DNA from: a virus
Lineage: Duplodnaviria; Caudoviricetes
Length of the DNA: 64,000 nt
Virus record (IMG/VR): IMGVR_UViG_3300015607_002835
Span: 6,976 to 70,975 of that record
Direction: 5' to 3' (one strand)
Shown: in pieces, positions 55,563 to 63,937 of the stretch
How the letters are laid out: every line of letters starts with the position of its first letter
How positions within the stretch are numbered: position 1 is the stretch's first letter
Notes under the pieces: generated by a model
The model's database searches: none
The model's input: only the letters and a program-made list of their open reading frames with translations
Told to the model about the DNA's origin: nothing
Position numbers and translations under genes: made by a program

Positions 55563-55960
55563 AGCAACTTCAGTTCTTTCGTGAACGGATCAATCTTTTC
55601 CGGATAGTCAGGGCCAATTGCAATACAGGTAAGGGTCTTTTCTCCGCTGAATTCGGTTAGACCACTGTCGATGATCTTAGCAGCAGGGATACCAGCAGCC
55701 TTCACTTGGTCGTAAAGATCGTTGAGTGCCTGCTCAGAATCGATACCAACGCAGATTTTCTTGAATGGACCATTTAGCCAAGCATCCAACGCTGATCCTA
55801 CTGGAATGGTAAGATGTCGACGCTCATACAACTCAGTGTATTCACAATCCATCATGTCCAATAAGACTGCCATTGACGCATGAGAAGCTTGGGCGGCCAT
55901 TTTACCTTTGCGCATATTCAGATCGGTGCGCATAACGATTACTTGCTTTGGCGAGCTCAT
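55559..55960 (-). CDS. pth2: Peptidyl-tRNA hydrolase Pth2
   Basis: KQVIVMRTDLNM.KGKMAAQASHA, KICV, IIDSGLTE, TCIAIGP. Confidence 0.92.
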   Translation of the reverse strand: MSSPKQVIVMRTDLNMRKGKMAAQASHASMAVLLDMMDCEYTELYERRHLTIPVGSALDAWLNGPFKKICVGIDSEQALNDLYDQVKAAGIPAAKIIDSGLTEFSGEKTLTCIAIGPDYPEKIDPFTKELKLL

Positions 55961-56604
55961 CCTCTTTCTACTCCTTGTTCTTCAAGTGCGTTTTCAAATG
56001 CTTCTTTAGCATCCAAAAAAGCTTGGGCGGCTTCAACTAGCTCAGGACAGTCTTCAACATCAACTGCACCTTCAGCAAATTCGTGAAGCTCGTATGGAGC
56101 CCCTGAAAATTCTTCAACAAATTCTTCAATACTATCTGCCATTTTTCTCTCCTTAAAGTTGTACGTACTGATATTTTATGGGTTGTTCTTTGAAAACGAT
56201 AGGTTTTGAATAGCACCCAAAATTATAAGCGTTTTCATCTTTTTCACATGAATCTAAAACCTTTTCAACGTAGTCTCGAATTCCATTGATGTGAATCATT
56301 TCATCTAAGGAATAATCATCTAAATCATAGCTTAACATAGTAGTTAAGCTATAGAAAACAGTTTGCGCAACCGCAGTAAGATCATCATTCGTTTTGGCGC
56401 CGACTTGAAAGATAATCTTACTGAACTTCCGTCCATTTACCTGTTCGGTGATTTCTAATTCGTATTGATTAACCTTTAGTCCGTGTGTTGGTTTACAACC
56501 ACGTTCAGTCATAACAAAATTAAAAATCCACCCATAGTTTGATGTCAAAGAATCCTTATCAAATTCTTCAGGCGGGAACATTACACCATAGTACGGCTCA
56601 CTTA

Positions 56605-56934
56605 TCATGACGTGTACTCAATAATCTTTATTGGTGTTGCCTTAATTCCATCTTGACATACTTCGCATGGACATGCTGGCATAGGTTTACCGTCTTTGGA
56701 ATATCGAAAGATACTTATCTTATGGGCCTTTGAAATATCACGACATTTAATGATAGCATCTATCTCAGCATGCAAAAATATCTTTTCTTCCCGTCCAACA
56801 TTTTTCGCGTGGTGTGCCTGCATCGGGTGAGTTTTGACATAGGAGTTCTTCCCTATGCTGAGAATTCGCCCTCTTTTATCATAGATGATTGCGGTGAGGT
56901 CGTACTGTCTTTTTGATTTTTTACTTTTATACAT
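56605..56934 (-). CDS. Zn-dependent cytidine/dCMP-deaminase-fold protein
   Basis: HAEIDAI and PCxxC (CPCEVC). Confidence 0.75.
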   Translation of the reverse strand: MYKSKKSKRQYDLTAIIYDKRGRILSIGKNSYVKTHPMQAHHAKNVGREEKIFLHAEIDAIIKCRDISKAHKISIFRYSKDGKPMPACPCEVCQDGIKATPIKIIEYTS

Positions 56935-57380
56935 TCAAACCACTGTTGTTTTTCTTCTAAAATCTTCAATCCTCCTTTGAGGTTAAAGCTTTCACCAATC
57001 GTTAGATCGTCGATTCGGTCTCTTAGCTCATCCAAGCAAAGATTAATGAATTCCTCAACACTTTTCTCAGCGTATCCTTTAATGTTCAACACCAATTGTC
57101 CGACATCGTGATATGGTTTAAACCAATCGTTCTCGCCAAAAGACGAAACTTTGATCATCAAGAAATGATTTATTTCGTCTTGACCGGTAATTGGATCAAA
57201 TCTGAAACGTACACCATCAGAGTTTGTTGCATTACGTTTGTGGATGACTACTGATGACGATAGGATTGCCAAATCTTTTGGTAACGACATTGGCTGAACG
57301 CTAACAATCTCTTGTGCAATAACACTTGGCATAATCCTTCTAATTTTTGGTAGAAGAACATTGCTCCACGGAGAGCTCAT
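56853..57380 (-). CDS. Small protein whose N-terminus resembles the T4 gp23 Gol segment
   Basis: KIRRIMPSVIAQEIVSVQPM vs gp23 MVRRAIPNLIAFDICGVQPM. Confidence 0.6.
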   Translation of the reverse strand: MSSPWSNVLLPKIRRIMPSVIAQEIVSVQPMSLPKDLAILSSSVVIHKRNATNSDGVRFRFDPITGQDEINHFLMIKVSSFGENDWFKPYHDVGQLVLNIKGYAEKSVEEFINLCLDELRDRIDDLTIGESFNLKGGLKILEEKQQWFECIKVKNQKDSTTSPQSSMIKEGEFSA

Positions 57381-58185
57381 CGACGTTTCTTCCAGTCATA
57401 ATCAGGTCCGACCACGTCGAAGCCTTGCTTACCAACACAATTTGGATTTTCTGATGACATCACAATAAACCCAATGTTTTCACCAGCATATTTACGCTGT
57501 CGAATAGATTCTGAAAACTTTAAAGCTTCAGACATTTTGTCAGATTCGAACAACTGACTGTTTGGGACAGAATTTTCTGTCCAGTAAATCATGTACATCA
57601 AATTTCCTTAACTTCGTCGATTTCGTAATTGGTCTCACATCTGTTGTACAATTCGTATGAAAGAGAATAGTACGCGCCCGTAAATTTTTCTTCAGGGATA
57701 AGGTCAAACAGGCCAATTGACCGCGCATATTCAAATTCTGCTTCTATCCGACGTTTACGATGTTCAGCATTTTTTGCGGCGTTTCGCTGCATGACTCCGT
57801 TATTGAATTCACGGATAGTCTCACGCTCAATGCGCATTTCTTTAGTGATTAGCTTCTGAGCGATCCCACTTGGCCATTTTGGGACATCAACAACCTTTTC
57901 AAGGGTGGTTTGATCAAATGGATTAGCTTCATCCCAGCGATCGCAAAACTCCTGAATTTGCTGCTTACAAACTTTGAGCTTTTCTCGCCGCTCTTCCTTG
58001 TTGACTTTCAGTTGCTCAATTTTGGATTTATCGGTAGATGCGGCAACATTAGCACACCAAGCGTCTTCATAGGACCCACCAAAAGCAATAAGGATAAAAA
58101 TCATATCATCATCTCCTGAATTTTGTGAAATTATATCATAAGTCTCAGGAAAAGAAAATAGGGGAGAATTTTCTCCCCTATGATT

Positions 58186-58872
58186 TTACCAAAGAAGATC
58201 AAAGTTACCAGCGAGAACCTTTGATGTCAAATGACGTTTTCCTGTTTGATGATCTTGAACGACATCGTCTTGGAATCGATAAGTTCTAATCTTATCTCCT
58301 CTCATACCAGAACCAACTTGATCTGACCGAATAGAATTAGAAATCATAAAATTTTCTAATCCCATTTGTTGATCTAATTCCGCAACTAAAGACTCTTTAG
58401 CTAAACGTAAACTGTTTTGTCTTGATCTTGTTTGCGCGGTCTTCACTATTCCAGATGGAAGGTGTGTTAACCTACATGAAGACAATATTTTATTACGATT
58501 CTGACCGCCACATCCAGTACCAGAGTACCACTCTATCTTGAAGTCTGATTCTGATCGTTTGTGGAATTTTTCAGAACTTTTGTCATTACAGTCCATGACT
58601 GCGACAGTTACGGTTGAGGTATGAACTCGACCTTTTCGTTCTGTGGGTGGAACTCGCTGAATGCGATGCCCACCTGATTCATTTTTGAGTTGGCTGAAGA
58701 ACTCTTTACTACACTCTATCTCTAAAGTTGTTACGCCGGGTACTTCAACCTTTTTAGGATTGAGTCAACCGACGCGATTAAGGAACTTAGAGTAAGCTTG
58801 AGCAAGGTCCTTAACGAACAACTTGCTATCGTCGCCGCCTTCAGCGGCTCTAATTTCGATCTTAACGCGCAT
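58186..58872 (-). CDS. RF1-type peptide chain release factor lacking domain 1, with one in-frame TGA at 58765-58767
   Basis: AAGGAG RBS and ATG at 58872; EIRA..GGD..LF..DL...Y, ESGGHRIQRVPPT (PxT), HTS, GGQ; continuous frame except codon 36. Confidence 0.9.
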
Positions 58873-58904
58873 TATTTTCTCCTTATGTTAGTAGATCGTT
58901 TTGA

Positions 58905-59513
58905 TTAAACTTCGTTTGCAAACATTTCTAAACAAATTAAATTACTACCTGACGGTTGGCCTGGCCATGAATTGTCATAAAATCCATAAAAGTCACCGTA
59001 CATCTCAATTAGCATTCCGGTGTTCTGGTTACCATCAAAAAACTTTGAAATGTCAAATTTAAATTTTTCTTTATGCTTGGCATTGAATCCATAAATGTCA
59101 TCTTCGAATCTTGGATCTTTCACCAAAGAGTTTATAAAATTTTTACCATCATCAAAAACAACCCCACCGATAAATACGGATTTCTTCATTGACGCCTTAA
59201 ACCAATAAAGAAAAATTTTAGCAACTTTTACATTTCTAAACTCAGGAAGAATGAAAATTTTCTCAAGGGAAAGAATAGATTCATCTATTTTTGTGTATTG
59301 CAAAAATCCAACAAATTTATCATCTGATGTAAACATACCGACGGAACTTTTTTGAGGGTGTAGTTGTTCATCAATATAAAGCTTATATTTGTTTCCCTCA
59401 ATTGACTGTAAGAACTTACCGTCCTTTAGAATTTGTTTCTCTGTTTGTTGTATTTCTGCGTCAGAATGTGTAATTTGCATGTTCACCTTAAATGCTAATT
59501 CATTCAACTTCAT
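58905..59513 (-). CDS. Putative GNAT acetyltransferase
   Basis: FVGFLQY..LSLEKIFILPEFRN.KVA motif. Confidence 0.45.
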   Translation of the reverse strand: MKLNELAFKVNMQITHSDAEIQQTEKQILKDGKFLQSIEGNKYKLYIDEQLHPQKSSVGMFTSDDKFVGFLQYTKIDESILSLEKIFILPEFRNVKVAKIFLYWFKASMKKSVFIGGVVFDDGKNFINSLVKDPRFEDDIYGFNAKHKEKFKFDISKFFDGNQNTGMLIEMYGDFYGFYDNSWPGQPSGSNLICLEMFANEV

Positions 59514-59910
59514 CGTTTAGATCCATTAAACCTATTGATGTCATACAAAGACGGTGAATGTCCATGCTTGTCGACATATGGCATTATGTCATCTAGAGAG
59601 AACTCTGAAACTGATACATACCCGTGTTGCTTTGCTGGATCGAGTGTTACATCATAGTAGGTGTCACCATCTTTAACCCAGGCGTGTTCAATCGGAATGT
59701 TATGAAGGAACACATACCCAAGAACGTACTTAGAATCCGGATGTCCTGTCAGTGCTTTGAACGCGTTGTTGAAGCATTGTTTCTTCTGAGCACCAGCCAT
59801 CTTTTTGAACTTTACTTCAACTTCTTTTGGTTCAATCTTTACGTGGCGAATCGCCTGCGTCATCATTTTAACGAGGCTCAGCTTATCATTTTCAAGTAGC
59901 TCACGAGTTT

Positions 59911-60249
59911 TCATACAAACTCCTGATGATCCAGTTTAGAACGTAAGGAAGCTTGTTTGTTTTTATTAGCTGGTTGACCTGTACCGCTTTCATCATGCGA
60001 AAATAACCCGTAAAGATAGACAACATTCTTTTCTACCTTATAGATCACACTCACATCAAATGAGAGCTTGGCATGCCAAAACCCTGAAAAATTTCCAGAT
60101 CCAGAAAAGGGATAATCACTTGAACCGAATTTCTCAGTTGGATGATCCTTCTTCCAATTAACAAATTCTTTAAACTTGGATTGTATTTGTTTAGTAGCTT
60201 TTGCGAATGTTTTATCGAATAGCTTACATTTTTTAAATAGTGCCGTCAC
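59911..60249 (-). CDS. RelE/YafQ-like toxin (mRNA interferase)
   Basis: F.K.F.K, DYPFSG, G.WHAKL..D..IY, GLFSHDE; probable GTG start at 60249 with GAGG RBS. Confidence 0.65.
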   Translation of the reverse strand: MTALFKKCKLFDKTFAKATKQIQSKFKEFVNWKKDHPTEKFGSSDYPFSGSGNFSGFWHAKLSFDVSVIYKVEKNVVYLYGLFSHDESGTGQPANKNKQASLRSKLDHQEFV

Positions 60250-60403
60250 TTTCAAGAGCCTCGAAAAGCTCATCGGCAGTCAAGGCATCAGACCATTCGC
60301 CGCTCTGTTCCTGCTGTGCCAGTTCTTCTTTGAGACCGGAAGCTTCAATTCCCGCAACAAGCGTTTGCTCTTGCAGGAACTGGGTGAGGGTTGTATTAGC
60401 CAT
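60233..60403 (-). CDS. Small acidic protein, candidate antitoxin (56 aa)
   Basis: Not in ORF track. MANTTLTQFLQEQ...EWSDALTADELFEALESDGTI; AGGAG RBS; overlaps the toxin start. Confidence 0.55.
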   Translation of the reverse strand: MANTTLTQFLQEQTLVAGIEASGLKEELAQQEQSGEWSDALTADELFEALESDGTI

Positions 60404-60725
60404 TTTGATAACTCCTATAGTTTACCGATAAGATCATTGTATAACAAAAATCGAAATATGTAAACTATTTATTCAGAGTCTGGATCAAAGGCCTTCTGTA
60501 GGCTTCGTTTTTCTTCGTTTCGTCGGCGCTTGTTTCTATCTCGTTTTATGACTCGCTTTGCTTCACGAACCAAAAACTTCACGTTTGACGGAATTGGCCC
60601 ATCCAATTCATCTAACTTTTCTTGATAGTAAATGTCGTCCTTATTTTTCGGCTTCATGAAAATCTACCAATAGCTTTAGTTTCGACTAACATTCTTCATG
60701 ATATTCGAATTTGTAAAATATTTGT

Positions 60726-60800
60726 TGGAGACGGCGATGGGACTTGCACCCACTTCGGACGGATTTGCAATCCGTTACATACCTATTCTGCCACACCGTC
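60726..60800 (-). tRNA. tRNA-Cys(GCA)
   Basis: ACGGA-TTGCAAA-TCCGT, U73, CCA. Confidence 0.9.
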
Positions 60801-60879
60801 TGGGCGTCCCCACCGGGAGTCGAACCCGGTTTCCGACCTTGAAAGGGTCGTGTCCTAACCAATCGTAGACGACAGGGAC
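60801..60879 (-). tRNA. tRNA-Glu(TTC)
   Basis: CGACC-CTTTCAA-GGTCG; 3' end reads GCCCA and abuts tRNA-Cys. Confidence 0.9.
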
Positions 60880-60898
60880 AATTAATTGGATAACTTTA

Positions 60899-61020
60899 TT
60901 CGGAGCTAATATTCAGTGCTTGAACCTGTGGTAGCCCTCTTATCTCTTCCTGGCCTATCCTTACCGTTCCCGGTTATAAGTAAGAATTATCGGTGTTCCA
61001 GTGTAGCTACTATATTAGCT
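60899..61020 (-). ncRNA. Candidate structured ncRNA (about 120 nt) directly after tRNA-Gln
   Basis: 9-bp terminal stem AGCTAATAT/ATATTAGCT, nested stems, GGAA tetraloop, no ORF. Confidence 0.4.
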
Positions 61021-61094
61021 TGGCAGGGGTACTAGGAATCGAACCTAGGACACATGAATCAAAATCGTGTGTGATACCATTTCACCATACCCCA
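61021..61094 (-). tRNA. tRNA-Gln(TTG)
   Basis: TGGGGTA acceptor, loop TTTTGAT, GCCA end. Confidence 0.9.
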
Positions 61095-61284
61095 ATTGTT
61101 CGCGGAGTTTTTGCAAAGCCCATAGTCCGATAAGATCAAGGCTAGACTGTAAATTCGTAAACCCAAACTCCCTAAGGCTTGTCAATCAAATTCTCCAGCT
61201 TATCGTCAAGGATAAGTAACCTATACGAATATTCGACGGAATTATTTTACGGTTCGTTGCGCAATGACCGTGTTTGGTTCCGCC

Positions 61285-61361
61285 TGGTCTCGCTGGTAGG
61301 ATTCGAACCTACGAAATCCTGTTCCCAAAACAGGTGGTATAGACCACTAACCGACAGCGAG
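61285..61361 (-). tRNA. tRNA-Pro(TGG)
   Basis: CCTGT-TTTGGGA-ACAGG, CCA. Confidence 0.92.
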
Positions 61362-61368
61362 ATAATTT

Positions 61369-61439
61369 TGGCGCCCAGTAGAGGAATCGAACCTCTCTCG
61401 ACCGGTTTCGAAGACCAGTGACTGTCCGACAGACTAGGC
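61369..61439 (-). tRNA. tRNA-Arg(TCG) with shortened D arm
   Basis: CTGGT-CTTCGAA-ACCGG, normal T arm, 71 nt. Confidence 0.75.
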
Positions 61440-61441
61440 AA

Positions 61442-62095
61442 TTATTTTCTTCCTTTTCTCCAACCTTTAACTAACCAGAATTGTAACTCTTCCTTTTTGA
61501 TTTTCTTTACTTCAGTATCGTTACAAATCCAACAAGTTCCAAACTGTGAATTGTTTTCACCTTTTCGGTGTTTACATGACTCACTTATCTTTTTTCTTGA
61601 CTCCTCTGTATGCGATTTTCCAACAAAAGTGTCATATTTTATTAATCCTTCTTTATGCAATTTTTTAAAATGATTTGATCGATGGGTAAGCATTTTATTT
61701 GCTAAGTTCTCATCCGATTTTGCTCGTTCATTTAATGAAATTGCTCCCTGAGATTGTCTTCTTTTTCTTTCATCATCAGAAATATGTTCATTAACATATT
61801 CCCATCCACCTTCACCGCCAAACTTCAAGTTCATGCAGAGCGGATGTTTTAACATCTCCTCATTTACTACTTCAGCTTCTCTCTTCTTGAGTTCTTCTCT
61901 CGAAGGTAGAAACTCCAAAATCTCAAACTTGTGGTTTTCCAACCCGTACTTCCGAATCGAATAACCTAACCTCTTTCCACTTCCTACATAACCATCTTCC
62001 AAGTTATCCGTTGAGTGCATCCCAACGTAAAATTTCTCGTTAGTAAGATTAGTGGTCTTGTAAATGAAGTGGTGCTTCTTTTGTTTCCTTGGCAT
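61442..62095 (-). mobile_element. GIY-YIG (Seg-like) homing endonuclease with NUMOD3
   Basis: FIYKTTN...KFYVGMHST.NLEDGY.GSG; GKSHTEESRKKIS; TATAAATA late promoter at 62123-62130. Confidence 0.85.
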
Positions 62096-62155
62096 ACATT
62101 TTGCTCCAAACTCCTATAGGTTTATTTATAGAAGGAAGAACAAAATGTTACCGGG

Positions 62156-62229
<74 letters not shown>

Positions 62230-62887
62230 GTAGAAGAACGTTTTAGGCCTTTCAAACGTTCAGGGAATATTTAGCCGGGCTCGGCGAGTAACCCTTCCCT
62301 TGACTGACTTAAGGCTCAGTGAACCTAAATTAGATACGAACCTCGTATTCCTCGACATACAGGTCGGAAGTACGGATAAGAACTCGGTCGTTGATGAACC
62401 ATTGGAGAACATTGCGAACAGTCATCCAATTCTTGATAACCATTCCAGATTCCTTAACAGCTTCCACGATTTGCTGCCAAGAAACGATCTTCTTTCCAGA
62501 AGCGGTCTTCTCGATAACCATGAAAATGTTCTCTTTGGTAGTTTTCATCATCGACTCCATATCAGCAGTTGTTAGATGAATTATATCAAATAGACCGAAA
62601 AAGTAAACTGTCAAACAAAAATTAAACTGTTTAGAAGATCATACCATTGAGCAAACTGAATTGCAATATCACTTTGGAGGCCTGTAGTGTAAATCGCAGT
62701 AATTGGCGAATTATTTGCGACAATATCGATAATTGCATCCTGCATGACGTCGTGCATCTCTTCTAGCTTTGGTAGTTGTTCTTGAATAAACATTTTGTTC
62801 TCCTTTGTGAATTATTCGTATATAGAGTAATTCACGAGATCACAAAAGGTTTAAACTCATTTAGTACCTGTTAGTAACAGATTGTAT

Positions 62888-62961
62888 TGGCAGAGCTAGA
62901 GAGAATCGAACTCCCATCTGCGGACTTGGAAACCGTTATGTTACCACTACACCATAGCCCT
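62888..62961 (-). tRNA. tRNA-Trp(CCA) with non-canonical anticodon stem
   Basis: A1-U72, G73, Trp-type T stem GGGAG/CTCTC; anticodon arm ACGGT-TTCCAAG-TCCGC. Confidence 0.8.
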
Positions 62962-62973
62962 GTAAAAATTACT

Positions 62974-63525
62974 TCATTTTCTACCTTTAGACCAGCCAAT
63001 TGGTATATCTTCATGCACTTTTATCAACTTAGCGGTCTTTCCATCATTTATCCACATTGTGCCTTTTGTTGGCAAATGTTTTCTTCCAACTGCAGTTCTT
63101 AGTGAATTCTTTTCTTCTTTTGATTTCTTTGCAAATGACTCTTTAATTTTCTGCTTCGTTTCTTCACTTCTTGGTTTACCAAGCCTCGCTGCAGAAATTT
63201 TTTGTTTAGATTCTTCAGACTGAGGTCCCCAACCGCCTTCTCCACCAAGCTTTAAATTTAGACATAATGGATTATCAAGAAGATTAGAGTCAACAATTAA
63301 CGACTCCATTCGTAAAATAGATTCACGATTTTCTGCGAATTCTAAAATCTCCATCACATGGTTATCTTTACCATGCTTATTTACGGATCGAGTTAACATT
63401 TTTCCGGAACCAAAATATCCGTCATCTAAGTCATCTGTTGAATGGACGCCTACATAAAACTTTCCATTCAACTTGTTAGTTATCCTATAAAGGTAATGAA
63501 ATTTTCGTCTTGATGCTCGTACCAT
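62974..63525 (-). mobile_element. GIY-YIG (Seg-like) homing endonuclease with NUMOD3, second copy
   Basis: YLYRITN...KFYVGVHST..LDDGY.GSG; SEETKQKI; paralogous to 61442-62095. Confidence 0.85.
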
Positions 63526-63571
63526 TTTATACTCCTTTAACAGGAGTATTTATCCTAGCCGTTGGCACTTT

Positions 63572-63646
63572 TGGCACTCCATACGGGATTTGAACCCGTC
63601 CGCCTACCTTGAAAGGGTAGTGACCTAACCGCTAGTCTAATGGAGT
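63572..63646 (-). tRNA. tRNA-Glu(TTC), second copy
   Basis: CTACC-CTTTCAA-GGTAG, CCA. Confidence 0.92.
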
Positions 63647-63649
63647 ATA

Positions 63650-63721
63650 TGGCCCGCGAGAGAGGATTCGAACCTCCAATGGCCGGCTTCGTAGACCAGC
63701 TTCCATCCAATTGGCTCGCGG
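63650..63721 (-). tRNA. tRNA-Arg(ACG) with shortened D arm
   Basis: CTGGT-CTACGAA-GCCGG, normal T arm, 72 nt. Confidence 0.75.
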
Positions 63722-63729
63722 AATAAATT

Positions 63730-63806
63730 TGGGGTGATCAACCGGTTACGATCCGGTACCTACTGTTTCACAGACAGTTATGCAGAGCCACTACACTATG
63801 ATCACC
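63730..63806 (-). tRNA. tRNA-His(GTG)
   Basis: G-1:C73, ACTGT-CTGTGAA-ACAGT, atypical T loop ATCGTAA. Confidence 0.88.
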
Positions 63807-63937
63807 ATTGTTATTTCAGTTTAGCGTAACTTGGAAATCCAAATCCACCAAACTCTGTTGCCGAATCATCCATTTGATCCCTCCTTTAGCAGTTGATTTA
63901 TATTCCGCATTTGCAAGTAGATGTTAAATCATGCGGA

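Noticed and set aside
58765-58790. Selenocysteine insertion or a prfB-type +1 frameshift at the RF UGA
   Set aside because: The downstream sequence continues in frame 0, the aligned residue is Trp rather than Cys, there is no CTT-TGA slippery site, and no Sec machinery is seen.
60899-61020. SRP 4.5S RNA or full tmRNA
   Set aside because: The GGAA tetraloop lacks the SRP CAGG/AGCAG internal-loop motif, and the element is far too short for a tmRNA with tag ORF and pseudoknots.
61121-61149. Metazoan-like Y RNA motif AGTCCGA...CTAGACT on the + strand
   Set aside because: Antisense to the tRNA transcript, with arms too close together; probably chance.
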